Position numbers and translations under genes: made by a program. 64,000 nucleotides of DNA from positions 9,610,001 to 9,674,000 of the forward strand of contig JBHGNT010000018.1 of the NCBI GenBank assembly GCA_043228905.1. Direction: 5' to 3'. Below are positions 1-13,097 of the stretch, in pieces. Below the pieces are notes generated by a model. The model saw nothing but the letters and a program-made list of their open reading frames with translations, was not told the DNA's origin and made no database searches. The DNA is from Azolla caroliniana (lineage: Eukaryota > Plantae > Polypodiophyta). Numbering within the stretch: the first letter of the stretch is position 1; each line of letters begins with the position of its first letter.

Positions 1-3000
1 AAAATGATTGTAGTGATTAATTTATGAGGTATAATTAGCCATGTCACATACATTGATTATATAGTCGCCAATTTAGAGGCATTGATTAATAATTAGAAAA
101 ATTAATATTATAGTGGACGCTTTCTTTTAGAACCAGTATTTGCCACTTGTAGTTAACTGGATAGATCATATGTTTCCTAAGCGAAAGGCTGAAGGTTGGA
201 TCCCTTCCTAGTGCGATTAAAACAATAACCATTCATTACGTTTGTATTCGAAATGGTGTATTTATTTTATCTGTCAAGTATCGAGGTTTACCCAATCTCA
301 TGTGCATAACACTAGTAAGATACTCCAAATTCCTTGTTAGGGATAGAGATTTTAATTTTGCATTTAGATAATTCTATAGATGTTCAATACATCCTCAAAA
401 ATTAATTAGGATGATTCATTTGTGAGATATAACTAAGCATTTCACATACATTGATTATTTATTCCCCAATTTAGAGTCATTGATTAGTAATTAAAGAAAT
501 TCATAGGATACTCGACTCTTTCATTTGGTGCCAAGATTAGACACTTGTAGCTCAGTGAATAGAGCATTTGTTTCCTAACCAGAAGGCCGAAGGTTTGACC
601 CCTTCCTAGTGCGATTGAAACCACGATCGTTCATTTCCTTTGTAATCACAATGATCTATTTCGTTTATGTGTCGCGGATCGATGTTTACCCACAACAAAT
701 GCAAAACTCTAGAGATGTAGTATATATTAAGGATATACCATGCAAGCAAAAACTTATACTCTGATGGGTCCCAAGTGACCAAGAGGAATGAGGTATTTTG
801 CAATTAGAGACTAGTATAGAGGTTCAGTATTTTCTAAAAAAGTTGATTGCGGATATTAAATTGTGAGCTATAATTAGCCATTTCACATACATTGATTATA
901 TATTCGCCAATTCAGAGGCATTGATTAGTAATTAGAAAAATTAGTAGAATAGTGGACCATTTCTTTTAGATCCAATATTTGGCAATTGTAGTTCAGTGGA
1001 TAGACCGTCTGTTTCCTAACACTACTAAGATACTTCACATTCTTGGTTTAGGATAGTGAATTCAAATTTGCATAAACTAGAGGTGGCTTTTAGACCCAAC
1101 AAATGCAAAACTCTACCGATGTATTATACAGTAAGGGTTTAGCATCGAATCAAAAACTCAGTGTGTGATGGGTGTTGAGTGACTAAAATGATTGAGGTAT
1201 TTTGCATTACAGAGTCGTATAGATGTTCAATACAACCTCAAAAATCGATTACGATAATTCATTTATGAGCTATAACTAAGCCATTTAACATACATTGATT
1301 ATATATTCGCCAATTCATAGGCATTGATAAGTAATTAGAAAATTAAAAATAATAGTGGACCCTTTCATTTAAATCCAATATTCCGCACTTATAGTTTAGT
1401 GGTTTGAGCGTTTGTTTCTTAACCTAAACATTGAAGGTTCGACCCCTTCCTAGTCCGATTCAAAGGAAAACCATTCATTTCCTTTGTATTCATAATAATG
1501 CATTTATTTTACGTGTTGAGGATCGAGCTTTACCCAATCTTATGTGTATAACACTACTATGATACTCCACATCCATGGTCTAGGATAGTGAATTCAAATT
1601 TGCACAAACTACAGGTCGCTTTTCGACCCAACAAATCCTCAAAAAATGATTACAATGATTTATTTGTGACCTATAATTAAGCATGTCACATACATTGATT
1701 ATTTATTCCCAAATTCAGAGGCAATGACCATTCATTTTAGTTGTATTCACAATGCTAGATTTGGTTTCTGTGTCAAATGTCTAGGTTTATCCAATCTCAT
1801 TTCGAGGTTTACCATGGGAGCAAAAACTCATAGAGTGAGTGACCTATAATTAAGCATGTAACATACATTGATTATTTATTCCCAAATTCAGAGGCAATGA
1901 CCATTCATTTTAGTTGTATTCACAATGCTGGATTTGGTTTCTGTGTCGAATGTCTAGGTTTACCCAATCTCATTTTGAGGTTTACCATGGGAGCAAAAAC
2001 TCATAGAGTGATGGGTTGTATTTTGCATTTAGAGACTTGTATAGTTGTTCAATACTTCCTCAAAAATCGATTACGATGATTCAGTTGTGAGCTTTAACTA
2101 AGTATTTCACATACATTGCTTATTTATTCCCCAATTCATAGCCATTGATTAGTAATTAGAGAAATTCATAGGATAGTCGACACTTCCTTTTGGAGCCAAG
2201 AATTGTCACTTGCAGCTCCGTGGATAGAGCGTCTCTTTCCTAAGATGGAGCCCGAAGGTTCAAGCCCTTCCTAGTGCGATTCAAAACAATGATCATTCAT
2301 TTCCTTTGTATTCACAATGTTGTATTGGGTTTGTGTGTCGAGGATAAAGGTTTACCGAATCTAACACTACTAAGATACTCCACACTCATGGTCTAGAATA
2401 GTGAATTCTAATTTGCACAAACTACAGGTGGATTTTCAACCCAACAAATGCAAAACTCTAGCGATGGATTATACATTAAGGGGTTACCATGGAAGCAAAA
2501 ACTCATAGTGTGATGGGTCTTGAGTGACCAAAATGAATGAGGTATTTTGCATTTAGAGACTCGTATAGATGTTCAATACTTTATCAAAAATCGATTACGA
2601 TGATTCATTTGTGAGCTATAACTAAGCATTTCACATACATTGATTATTTATTCCCCAATTCAGAGCTATTGATTCGTTTTGGAGACAAGATTTGGTACTT
2701 GTAGCTCAATGCATAAAGTGTTTGTTTCCTAAGCAAAAGTCTGAAGGTTCGACCATTTCCTAGTGTGATTGAAACAATGACCATTCATTTCCTTTGTATT
2801 CATAATGCGGGATTTGGTTTATGTGTTGAGGATCGAGGTTTACCCAATCTCATGTGCATAACACTACTAAGATACTTCACATTCTTGGTCTAGGATAGTT
2901 AATTCAAATTTGCATAAACTAGAGGTGGCTTTGAGACCCAACAAATGCAAAACTCTAGTGATGTATTATACATTAAGGCTTTACCATGGAGCAAAAAACT

Positions 3001-3200
3001 CATAGTGTGATGGGTCCTTAGTGACCAAAATGAATGAGGTATTTTGCATTTAGAGACTAATATAGATGTTCAATACATCCTCAAAAATCGACTGTGATGA
3101 TTCATTTGTGAGCTATAACTAAGCATTTCACATACATTGATTATTTATTCCCCAATTCATAGCCGTTGATTGGTTTTTGAGCCAAGATTTGGCACAAGAA
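1..3200 (+). repeat. Degenerate tandem array with a tRNA-Arg(CCT)-derived core, block 1
   Basis: Recurrent motifs CATTTCACATACATTGATTAT, GATACTCCACATTCATGGTCTAGGATAGTGAATTC and GAGGTATTTTGCA. 73-nt tRNA-like copies at 143-215, 541-613, 1385-1457, 2206-2278 and 2695-2767, plus partial copies. Confidence 0.9.
541..613 (+). pseudogene. tRNA-Arg(CCT)-like pseudogene copy
   Basis: ACACTTGTAGCTCAGTGAATAGAGCATTTGTTTCCTAACCAGAAGGCCGAAGGTTTGACCCCTTCCTAGTGCG. A and B boxes are mutated. Confidence 0.75.
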
Positions 3201-3372
3201 CTTTGACCTTGCTCTTTTTGCTTCATCTAATTCCCCTTGAATCGAGTCATATCGTCTGCACAACCAAGCCACAAAGCTCAAACTAGGGTTGGTTTGGTTG
3301 AACGATAAATTGAACAATAAGTAAGAAGCTAGGCAAGTTGGTTTGGTTTCCTTTGATGTGGATTTCATATAA

Positions 3373-3789
3373 TTGGTGGAGAAGGAGGGTAAAATTTTAG
3401 CCATTACCATCTCATTCATGGCATCCCAATTCCCTCCCATCGCCCCAAACATCGATACCTTGATGGAGCCTGAGTTCTCGCAACCTCACGAACGACCACC
3501 CCCTTTGCAAATGGAGTGGCTCCTCCAGCTCCTCTCCAACTCCATGCTTCAAATCAACCACACAAATCAAGTTATGCTCTCCTTCCTCTCCGCTAACAAC
3601 GACCACACTCAAGATCGACCAGATACCAAGGTCTGCCTGAAGTCCTTCTTTGGCTTGCCTTTCAAGGTTGTCTTAGCCTGGTTGGACCACTTTGAGATGA
3701 TCTCCAGTTACCATCGATGGTCTGATGAATGCAAAGCTTTGGAAGTTCGTACCCTGCTCGAAAATGTCGCTGCCACCTGGTACATCTAA
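3373..3789 (+). pseudogene. Retrotransposon gag-like fragment
   Basis: ...FFGLPFKVVLAWLDHFE...W...LENVAATWY resembles the F.G....W...FE...W....L...A..WY pattern of Ty3/gypsy capsid proteins. Truncated. Confidence 0.55.
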
Positions 3790-3802
3790 CAATCAAGCGA
3801 CA

Positions 3803-5260
3803 TGACTGAGAAATGGCGCCGGAAGTGTTTCTATTCCAACAATTACGGACACGTCCGACATCATGTCCACCAATTATTGCAACAACAATATCAGAAGCAA
3901 AAAGTACAACTGCACGAATTTGTTATCCTCTAATCAGAAGCCTTGGGGTTCTGCCTCAAGTTCGCGTATCTTTGTCGTATTTTCTCAACATCTTTGGTGA
4001 ACCCGACGTGAAAGAAGGCGGTAGGAGGGTACAAGCGAAACTCAAGGAGAGGAATTGATGAAAAGCATGGTGTCCATCGTGGAATACATGCTGAAGGCGA
4101 GAGATCGGGAGACTTTAATCGACAAATCTGTTGATCGAACGGTGGAGATAGCTGGACAATTTGGTGGCAAGAACATCACGGATTTCCTTGCTACGTATCG
4201 GAATGAGATGCAATAGAGGGATGTCCACGATCTTAAACAAATTTCTAGCTGTAAGCATGTGGTGGAACCAAGGATCTGCGAGCGCGTCATGGAGATCCAA
4301 AACAAGCATACATCTTGGGCGAACTTCGAGATGACGCTTCGTGTTGAATACATCCTTGAAGATGCGTCAAGAATGACTCGGCATTCGCAAATGATTTGGA
4401 TCAAGAAGAAATGGAAGAATCTTTGTGCGTTGGGAGTTTATGCAGAATTCGACCAGAAGTACAACCGACTTCCGAGTGTTGATCAACGAGTTCTCGATGG
4501 AGATAAAGTCTTGTTGTTCTTGAAGGCGGTGGATACAAAAGACTGATGAGAATTGGGTATCTTTTTGGAGGATGAAATGCAACCAAATGGCTTGGTAGCA
4601 AACTAGGCGGTGGTGAAGAATGCTTGCAGTCGTTTTGACAAGCGTCGGCAATGGCTAGAGGAAACTGACGTGGGGAATCCGCAATCGTGGAGGAGGAAGG
4701 CGCCTGCGAAGATCGAGCCTAGCAAGCCGATCAATAATTTCGACAAGAAAGCGATGAAAGAATCTATAATCAAAGAGCTCTCCAAGAAGTTTTAAGCGGT
4801 ATCACTAACCAACTTAGGTTGACACGGGCCCAAGGGAAAAGAAGCGTTTAGATGTGTGTGGTGTGAGACCTTTGAGCACTCACGAAGGAAGTGTGCTGAC
4901 TTGGAAGACGTGATTCGCAAGAACGTCGTCTATTTGGACGGCAACATGATCCACTCGAGAGAGACCCGAAAGCCACTACGAGTGAACTTCGGAAGAGGCG
5001 GGCTGAAAAGATTGTGAAAGAAGAAGACGCAAGGCATGTGGAAGCTATGCACTATGCCACATCGGTCGGGATACGAGTTGGAAGAGAGAATCTCAAGACC
5101 ATCAAGCCAGTAGCTGGGTTTTGACCAATGGTCTTCGAGTGTGAGAAAACCAGCAAAATCGATTTGAAGGATCTAAAACTTGTTGATCGGAATGTGCGGC
5201 GAGTTACCGGATGGTCGGATCTAGACGATGATAAAACAACCTTTGCGGAGGTTGTTTAAC
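3803..5260 (+). mobile_element. Truncated Ty3/gypsy element: short LTR remnant, tRNA-Trp PBS and degenerate gag
   Basis: LTR ends TTTCTCAACA at 3990. PBS TGGTGAACCCGACGTGAA at 3995-4012. Stop-riddled gag is homologous to the 23127 ORF (DASRMTRH, CxxC-H-C knuckle). Confidence 0.8.
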
Positions 5261-5269
5261 TGTAGCAAA

Positions 5270-8200
5270 TAGAGGCTTACCCAATCTTATGTGCATAAGA
5301 CTAATCAGATACTCCACATTCATGGTCTAGGATAGTGAATTCAAAATTGCACAAACTAGAGGTGGGTTTCAGACCCAACAAATGCAAAACTCTAGCGATG
5401 TATTATATATTAAGGATTTACCATGCAAGCAAAAACTTATACTATGATGGGTCCCTAGTGACCAAAAGGAATGAGGTATTTTGTAATTAGAGACTAGTAT
5501 AGATATTAAGTATTTCCTAAAAAATTGATTACGATGAATAATTTGTGAGCTATAATTAGGCATTTCACATACATTGATTATATATTTGCCAATTCAGAGA
5601 CGTTGATTAGTAATTACAAAAATTATTAGAATAGCCGACCCTTTCTTTTAGATCCAATATTTGGCAGTTTTAGTTAAGTGGATAGAGCGTCTATTTACTA
5701 AGCAAAAGGCGGAAAGTTCGACCCCTTCCTACTGCGATTGAAGCAATGACCATTCATTTCCTTTGTATTCATAATTCTGGATTTAGTTTCTGTGTCGAGG
5801 ATCGAGATTTACGTAATCTCATGTGCATAACACTACTAAGATACACCACATTCTTGGTCTAACGATGGCTTTTAGACCCAAAAAATGCAAAACTTAACGA
5901 TGTATTATACATCAACGGTTTACCATGGAAGCAAAAAATCATAGTGTGATGGGTCATGAGTGACCAAAATGAATGAGGTATTTTGCATTTAGAGAGTTGT
6001 ATAGATGTTCAATACTTCCTCAAATATAAATTACGATGGTTCATTGGTGAGCTATAACTAAGCATTTCACATACATTGATTATATATTTCCCAATTCAGA
6101 GTCATTAATTACTAATTAGCGAAAGTCATAGGATAGTCGACTCTATCCTTTTGTGCGAGATCAAGCACTTGTAGCTCACTAGATAGAGCGTCTGTTTCCT
6201 AAGCAGAAGCCGGAAGGTTCGACCCCTTCCTAGTGCGGTTGAAACAATGATCATTCATTTTCTTTGTATTCACAATGTTGTATTTGGTTTATCTATCGTA
6301 GATCAAGGTTTACCCAATCTTATGTGCATAACGCTAATAAGATACTCCACATTCATGGCCTAGGATAGTGAATTCAAATTTGCACAAACTAGAGGTGGGT
6401 TGCAGACCTAAGAAATGCAAAACTCTAGCGGTCTATTATATATTAAGGATTTACAATGCAAGCAAAAACTTATACCATGATCGGTCCCAAGTGACCAAAA
6501 GGACTAAGGTATTATGCAATTAGAGATTAGTATAGATGTTCAATATCTCCTAAAAAATCGATTCCAGTGATTCATTTGTGAGCTATAACTAAGCATTTCA
6601 CATACATTGATTATTTATTCCCAATTCATAGTCATTGATTAGTTATTAGAAAAGTTCATAGGATATTGGACTGTTTGTTTTGGTGCAAAGATCTGGCACT
6701 TGTAACTCAGTGGGTCGAGCGTATGTTTCCTAAGCAAATGGCCGAAGGTTCGAATCTTTCCTAGTGCGATTGAAACAATGACCAATCATTTCCTTTGTAT
6801 TCACAATGTTGTATTTGGTTTATCTGTCCCAGATGGAGGTTTATCCACTCTTATGTGCATAACAGTAATAAGATACTCCACATTCATGGTCTAGGATAGT
6901 GAATTCAAATTTGGACAAACTAGAGGTGGCTTAAGATACTCCACATTCATGGTCTAGGATAGTGAATTCAAATTTGGACAAACTAGAGGTGGCTTTGAGA
7001 CCTAGCAAATACAAAAGTCTAGCGATGTATTATCCATTAAGGGTTTACTATTGAAGCAAAAACTCATAGTGTGGTGGGTCCTCAGTGACCAAAATGAATC
7101 AGGTATTTTGCATTTAGAGACTTGCATAGATGTTCAATACTTCTAAAAAATCAAGCACTTGTAGCTAAGTGTATAGAGTGTTTGTTTCCTAAGCAGAAGA
7201 CTGAATGTTCGACCCCTTCCTAGTGTGATTGAGACAATAATCATTCATTTTTTTGTATTCATAATGTTGTCTTTGATTTATGTGTCATAGATGGACGTTT
7301 ATGCACAAGTAATGCAAAACTCTAGCATTGTATTATATATTAAGGATTTAGTATGCAAGAAAAAAGGTATACTGTGATGGGTCTGAAGTAACCAAAATAA
7401 TTGAGGTCTTTTGCAATTAGAGACTAATATAGATGTTAAGTATTTACTATTAAATCGATTGTAGTGATTAATTTGTGAGCTATAATTAGCCATTTCTCAT
7501 ACATTGATTATATATTCGCCAATTTACAGGTGTGTTTCCTAAACGAAAGTGTGATGGTTCGAACCCTTCCTAGTGCGATTCAAACAATAACCATTCATTT
7601 CCTCTGTATTCATAATGATGGATTTACTTTACGTGCCGAGGATCAAGCTTTACCCAATAGTTCTTCAAAAATTAATTACGATGATTCATATTTGAGTTAT
7701 ACGTAAGCATTTCACATACATTGATTACTTATTCCCTAATTCAAAGTCATTGATTCGTAATTAGAGAAATTCATTAGATAGTGGATTCTTTATTTTGGGG
7801 CCAAGATGAGGCACTTCTAGCTCAGTGGATAGAGCGTCTACTACTAAGTAGAAGGTCGAAGGTTTGACCCCTTCCTAGTGCGGTTGAAAGAATGATCATT
7901 CATTTCCTTTGTATTCACAATGTTGTATTTGGTTGAAGTGTCTCAGGTCGAGGTTTACCCAATCATATGTGCATAATATTAATGAGATACTCCACATTCA
8001 TGGTCTAGGATAGTAAATTCAAATTTACACAAACAAGAGGTAGGTTCAAGACCCAACAAATGCAAAACTCTAGCGATGTATTATATATAAAGGATTTACC
8101 ATGCAAAAAAAAAATTATACTATGATGGATCCCAAGTAACCAAAAGGAATGAGGTATTTTGCAATTAGACAATAGTATTTCCTAAAAAATCGATTGCGGT

Positions 8201-8906
8201 GAATAATTTGTGAGCTATAATTAGGCATTTCACATACATTGATTATATATTTGCCAAGTTAGAGACGTTGATTAGTAATTAGAAAACTTATTATAATAGA
8301 CGACCCTTTCTTTTAGATCCAATATTTTGCACTTTTAGTTTAGTGGATAAAGTGTTTGTTTCCTAAGCAACAAGCGGAATATTCAACCCCTTCCTAGTGC
8401 GATTGAAACAATCACTATTCATGTCCTTTGTATTCATAATTTTGGATTTGTTTTCTCTGTCGAGGATCGAGGATTACCTAATCTCATGTGCATAACACTT
8501 CCAAGATACTCCACATTCTTGGTCTAGGATAGTGAATTCAATTTTACATAAACTAGAGGTAGCTTTGAGACCCAAAAAATACAAATCTCTAACGATCTAT
8601 TATACATTAATGGTTTACCATGGAAGCAAAACATCATAGTGTGATGGGTCCTGAGTGACCAAAATAAATGATTTATCCTGCATTTGGAGAGTCGTATAGA
8701 TGTTCCATACTTCCTCAAAAATTAGGCACTTGTAACTCATTGGATAGAGTGTTTATTTCCTAAGCAGATTGTTGAAGAAGTTCGACCCCTTCCTAGTGCA
8801 ATTGAAACAATGATCATTCACAATGTTGTATTTCGTTTATCTATCACAGATCGAGCTTTACGCAATCTTATGTGCATAACACTAATAACATACTCCACAT
8901 TCATGG
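5270..8906 (+). repeat. tRNA-Arg(CCT)-containing tandem array, block 2
   Basis: Same monomer as block 1. tRNA-like copies at 5664-5736, 6165-6237, 6696-6768, 7155-7227, 7811-7882, 8329-8401 and 8726-8800. Confidence 0.9.
6165..6237 (+). tRNA. tRNA-Arg(CCT), best-preserved array copy (probably a pseudogene, D-loop GG altered)
   Basis: GCACTTG TA GCTC ACTAGATA GAGC G TCTGT TTCCTAA GCAGA AGCCG GAAGG TTCGACC CCTTC CTAGTGC G. All four stems pair, the anticodon is CCT and the B box is intact. Confidence 0.7.
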
Positions 8907-9346
8907 TGTCAGGAATAGTACTAAAACAGAGATGGAATTAGTACTAAGAACAACAGTACTATTAGTACTAAGAGGACGGGACTGCGTAAGATTCCCGAGA
9001 GACGGGACTGCGTAAGATTCCCGAGAGAGGAAGTGAGAAGAGGAGAGAGAGAGAGATAGCGAGAATGAGAGAGATGATGACAGCAGCTATATATTATGTG
9101 AAAAGATAAGTACAAGCGGCTAAGAGGCTTAAGACTGGCGTTGAACCAATTTGGTTCAAAACAATGCCTTGTGCCTCCTTTTATAGTGTTTTTAGGAATA
9201 ATCTTGAAGCTTCTAGAATGTTCCAGAGAGATCTGGAATATACATCAATTTTCTATGATAAAGTATAAATGAAAATAATATCCTACAAAATACAATTCCT
9301 AATCTAATGGTAGCATAAAGTCATGGGTTCGAGTCTTGCCATGACA
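8907..9346 (-). repeat. 3' LTR of the chromovirus (440 bp)
   Basis: TGTCA...TGACA termini. Matches 14154-14567 except for a 26-bp internal tandem duplication and a few substitutions. Confidence 0.95.
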
Positions 9347-9357
9347 CTATCTCCCCC

Positions 9358-12300
9358 TTAAAGACGACGAGTGGAACGAGTCGGCGCTAACTGCGGACCG
9401 GGTTTGTCCGGATACTTTCGGTGGAAATCAGCAAGAAGATCTTGTGCATTGGCAACATTCTCGACGGGTTCCCAAGTACGTTCGCTCGGACTATAACCGA
9501 GCCAATCGACCAAGTAATAAAGTTTGTTGCGAACAAGTTTGGAATCGAGGATGGCAACAACTTCATACTCCGGGCCGGCATCCAACTCCAGCGGGGGCGG
9601 CGGTGGTGTCACACGATCGGGAATGGTGTTTGCTTTATAAGGTTCAAGAAGAGAACAATGGAAAACCGGATGTATCTGAAGCTGTGGAGGGAGATCCAGG
9701 CGGAAGGTGACATCATTAATCTTCCCTGTAATACGGAAAGGACCGAGTCGTCGATGATCCAACTTGTCGCACGGTCGAGTAGTCTTGATGTGACGACGTA
9801 AGAGCCATACTCGATCTCCGATGGCAAAAGAGGAGGGAATCCGATGACGATCCGCATAAGTCTTCTGTGTGTGTTGAGCATGACGAAGGTGAGTAGAGAG
9901 ATCCATTTGGAACTTGCGTAGCCTCTCCAAATGGTCCTCGGCACGAGGATTGGTAGGTAGCTCCGGAGTGTCGATCACCGACCAGCGAGGATGGAAACCG
10001 GTATAAGCGAGAAATGGGGAGACCCGAGTCGAGGAGTGAATAGCATTATTATACGCAAACTCCGCAAAGTGGAGAATCTCGGCCCAATCGTCCTGTTGAT
10101 AACTCAGGAAACACCGGAGATATTGCTCCAACGTTTGGTTTGTTCGTTCCGCCTGTCCGTCAGTTTGAGGATGGTAGCCGGAGGAGAGGTTGCAGGAGAC
10201 CTTGAGCATCCTGAAGAGATGCTGCCAAAATTTGGAGACAAACTGCGGGCCTCGGTCACTGATAATACTGTCTGGTAGGCCATGATGCCGAAATACCTCA
10301 CGCATAACCAGAGCGGCGGTTTCCTCGCTAGTGATGGCTTTAGTACATGGCACAAAATGTGCCATCTTCGTATATCGATCGACGACGGTTAGGATAGCAT
10401 CGAACCCCTTCGAGACCGGCAGATCTGTAATAAAATCAAGACAAATAGACTGCCATGGCTTATTTGGAATTGGTAAAGGTTCCAACAAGCCATATGGATG
10501 GTGTCGTGGCATCTTTGCTCGGCAGCAAGCATCATAGGTCCGAACGTAGTCGTCGACAAAACGGCGCATGTGGGGCCACCAAAAAGATCGCTGCACTAAC
10601 TCCAACGTCTTGGTACTACCGAAATGTCCCGCCGTATGGGTGTCGTGACAATGTTGGACGATTTGAAGGCGACAGGAGCAATCGGGGACATATACGCGCT
10701 TTTTAAAGAATAACAAACCATCATGATATTCGAATTGTCGGTAGTCAATACCTGGTTGTTGAGACTGAGAACAGGATGCCTGAGAAGTATCAATGTGTGC
10801 CAGGATGTCTTGAGCAAAGCTATCCGTCTTCAAGGTTGCACGTATGTCATCGGTAATCCGTGAATCCATCGGGGTGTGAAAAATCCGCGTCGTGTGCAAT
10901 CGTGTTGGTCCCAAGATTACTTGCTTTTGATTATCAAATGTTGCGTCACCAGGACGAGGTGCAAGATATGAACGCCGTGATAGTGCATCTGCTTTTCCTT
11001 GCTGCTTCCCCGGTCGATATGTGATTTCGAAGTTGAAACGCGTGAGGAATTGCGCCCACCGAGCTTGCCGTCGATTTAGTACGCGAGCGTTCTGAAAATA
11101 AGCAAGATTTTTATGATCGCTAAAGACAATGACCTGATGTGGAGAGCCCTCTAAGAAATGCCGCCATTGTACAAATGAATCCACGATGGCTAATAACTCC
11201 TTGTCATGTATTTCGTAGTTGATTTCTGCGACATTGAATTTGCGCGAATGGAAAGCCACCGGATGCAACTCTTCTTTATCGCCTTGTTGAGAAAGGATGC
11301 TACCGAGGGCGAAATCTGATGCGTCGGCCTCCATGATGAATGGTTTGCTTGTATCCACATGAGCTAGAATCGGTGCTGATGTAAAGGCTTTCTTAAGATG
11401 CCGAAAAGCCATATCTGCTTCGATGGACCAAAGAAATGCTTGGCCCTTCTTCGTAAGTTGTGTGAGAGGTAAAATAATCTTCGAGTAATCCTGTATAAAC
11501 TTACGGTAGAAGTTAGCAAAGCCTAGAAAACATTGTACATCTCGTACCGACCGTGGAATTTGCCACTCTAGTACAGTTTGGATTTTAGCTGGATCCATGG
11601 CGATGCCCTTTGAGGAGATGACGTAGCCTAGAAATTCCACTTGCTTGCAGTCAAAGCTACATTTCTCTAGCTTGGCATAAAGACCATTCTCGCGGAGTCG
11701 CTTTAGTACTAATAGTACATGAGAATCGTGCTCTTCCTGGGTCTTCGAATAAATCAACAGATCATCCAGATAAATGATCAAACAGATATCCAAGAGGTCT
11801 CTGAATATATCATTTGCCATGTGTTGGAAGACTGCGGGTGCATTGGTTAGGCCAAACGGCATAACAGTATACTCGAAATGCCCATACCGCGTGCGAAAAG
11901 CGGTCTTCCACTCATCTCCCGGTCGGATCCGCACGAGATTATACGCTCCTCGTAGGTCGATTTTAGTAAAAAACTTGGCACCATTAACTCGCTCTAAAAG
12001 ACTTGATATAAGAGGAAATGCATACCTATTCCGGATGGTGAGTTTATTCAATCCGCGGTAATCAACGACAAGACGAAGTGAGCCATCTTTCTTCTTGACA
12101 AAGAAGATGGGTGCACCGGCCGAAGATTTCGAATGACGGATGAACCCGCTTGCCAAGTTCTCCTCTATGTAGGCTCGAAGGACTTCTAACTCGGTGGGTG
12201 ACAAGTTGTAAATTGGTCCCCATGGTGGCTCGGTTCCTGGTTGTAAATCGATGGGACAGTCATAGGGACGGTGATGAGGAAGGGTACCGGCTTTTACCTT

Positions 12301-12930
12301 GTCAAATACATCGGCATAAGGATGATATTTTGCCGGAAGTTGTATTGAGGAGTCCTTCTTAATAGTGCTAGAAGGATGTACTGATATGGCAAATAGGAAC
12401 ATTGCCTCCTTGGGTCCTTCTTCGCGTAGTTGATGGAGTGAAATGGTCGAAACTCGGTGAGTTGATTCTTGGGGTGGTCGATATCGGACTTCTCTTGTTC
12501 TCCAATCTATGGCTGGATTATGTAATTCAAGCCAAGGTAATCCTAGGACAATGGGATGCTCTGGACTAATAATTATATTAAATGATATTATACACACAAA
12601 ACTACCTAGGACAACTTGAATGGGTTCTGATTCTTCTACAATATTCCCGGAAGCAATGGGACGACCATCAATGACCACTACAGATGCGGGACAAGGAAGT
12701 TTTCTTAAGGATATCTGAGAAGCTTGGGCAAAATTTCGATCCATGAAACAGGAATTAGCTCCGGAATCTAGAAGTGCTAGGACGGGTACTGGGGGAGTAC
12801 TTTTAGTACTAACAATGACTTGGGCTAGGAACACATTGCTAACTTGCTTGGAAGGAATGGAACCACTAATGGGCTGTACAGATCTAGGGCTGCTGTCCAA
12901 CCAAATGGCTCCTATTTTGGCTGGACTCAA
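9358..12930 (-). CDS. pol: Pol polyprotein (protease, RT, RNase H, integrase, chromodomain)
   Basis: LLDSGA, YLDDLLIYS, ADASDFALG, HHCC zinc finger, SDRGPQF, GPF/GPY module and C-terminal chromodomain EYEVVAILDS...YLVDWLGY...TWEP. Uninterrupted 1190 aa, probably entered by a -1 frameshift at G-TTA-AAC (12933-12939). Confidence 0.96.
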   Translation of the reverse strand: MSPAKIGAIWLDSSPRSVQPISGSIPSKQVSNVFLAQVIVSTKSTPPVPVLALLDSGANSCFMDRNFAQASQISLRKLPCPASVVVIDGRPIASGNIVEESEPIQVVLGSFVCIISFNIIISPEHPIVLGLPWLELHNPAIDWRTREVRYRPPQESTHRVSTISLHQLREEGPKEAMFLFAISVHPSSTIKKDSSIQLPAKYHPYADVFDKVKAGTLPHHRPYDCPIDLQPGTEPPWGPIYNLSPTELEVLRAYIEENLASGFIRHSKSSAGAPIFFVKKKDGSLRLVVDYRGLNKLTIRNRYAFPLISSLLERVNGAKFFTKIDLRGAYNLVRIRPGDEWKTAFRTRYGHFEYTVMPFGLTNAPAVFQHMANDIFRDLLDICLIIYLDDLLIYSKTQEEHDSHVLLVLKRLRENGLYAKLEKCSFDCKQVEFLGYVISSKGIAMDPAKIQTVLEWQIPRSVRDVQCFLGFANFYRKFIQDYSKIILPLTQLTKKGQAFLWSIEADMAFRHLKKAFTSAPILAHVDTSKPFIMEADASDFALGSILSQQGDKEELHPVAFHSRKFNVAEINYEIHDKELLAIVDSFVQWRHFLEGSPHQVIVFSDHKNLAYFQNARVLNRRQARWAQFLTRFNFEITYRPGKQQGKADALSRRSYLAPRPGDATFDNQKQVILGPTRLHTTRIFHTPMDSRITDDIRATLKTDSFAQDILAHIDTSQASCSQSQQPGIDYRQFEYHDGLLFFKKRVYVPDCSCRLQIVQHCHDTHTAGHFGSTKTLELVQRSFWWPHMRRFVDDYVRTYDACCRAKMPRHHPYGLLEPLPIPNKPWQSICLDFITDLPVSKGFDAILTVVDRYTKMAHFVPCTKAITSEETAALVMREVFRHHGLPDSIISDRGPQFVSKFWQHLFRMLKVSCNLSSGYHPQTDGQAERTNQTLEQYLRCFLSYQQDDWAEILHFAEFAYNNAIHSSTRVSPFLAYTGFHPRWSVIDTPELPTNPRAEDHLERLRKFQMDLSTHLRHAQHTQKTYADRHRIPSSFAIGDRVWLLRRHIKTTRPCDKLDHRRLGPFRITGKINDVTFRLDLPPQLQIHPVFHCSLLEPYKANTIPDRVTPPPPPLELDAGPEYEVVAILDSKLVRNKLYYLVDWLGYSPSERTWEPVENVANAQDLLADFHRKYPDKPGPQLAPTRSTRRL

Positions 12931-13097
12931 TCGTTTAACTCTTCATCTAATTGACTAAGGATTTCAAATTTATTTGAGATACTTGGGCTATTAGTACTAT
13001 GAATACTATCTGACACTCTATTAGTACTATTAATACTATCAGACACTCCAAAGGGAAGAATTGACTCGGGTTTAGTACAGGCGACGATTTGATTTAC

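Noticed and set aside
606-8718. Short 60-65 aa ORFs in the tandem array
   Set aside because: Chance ORFs recurring with the repeat unit, with no protein motifs.
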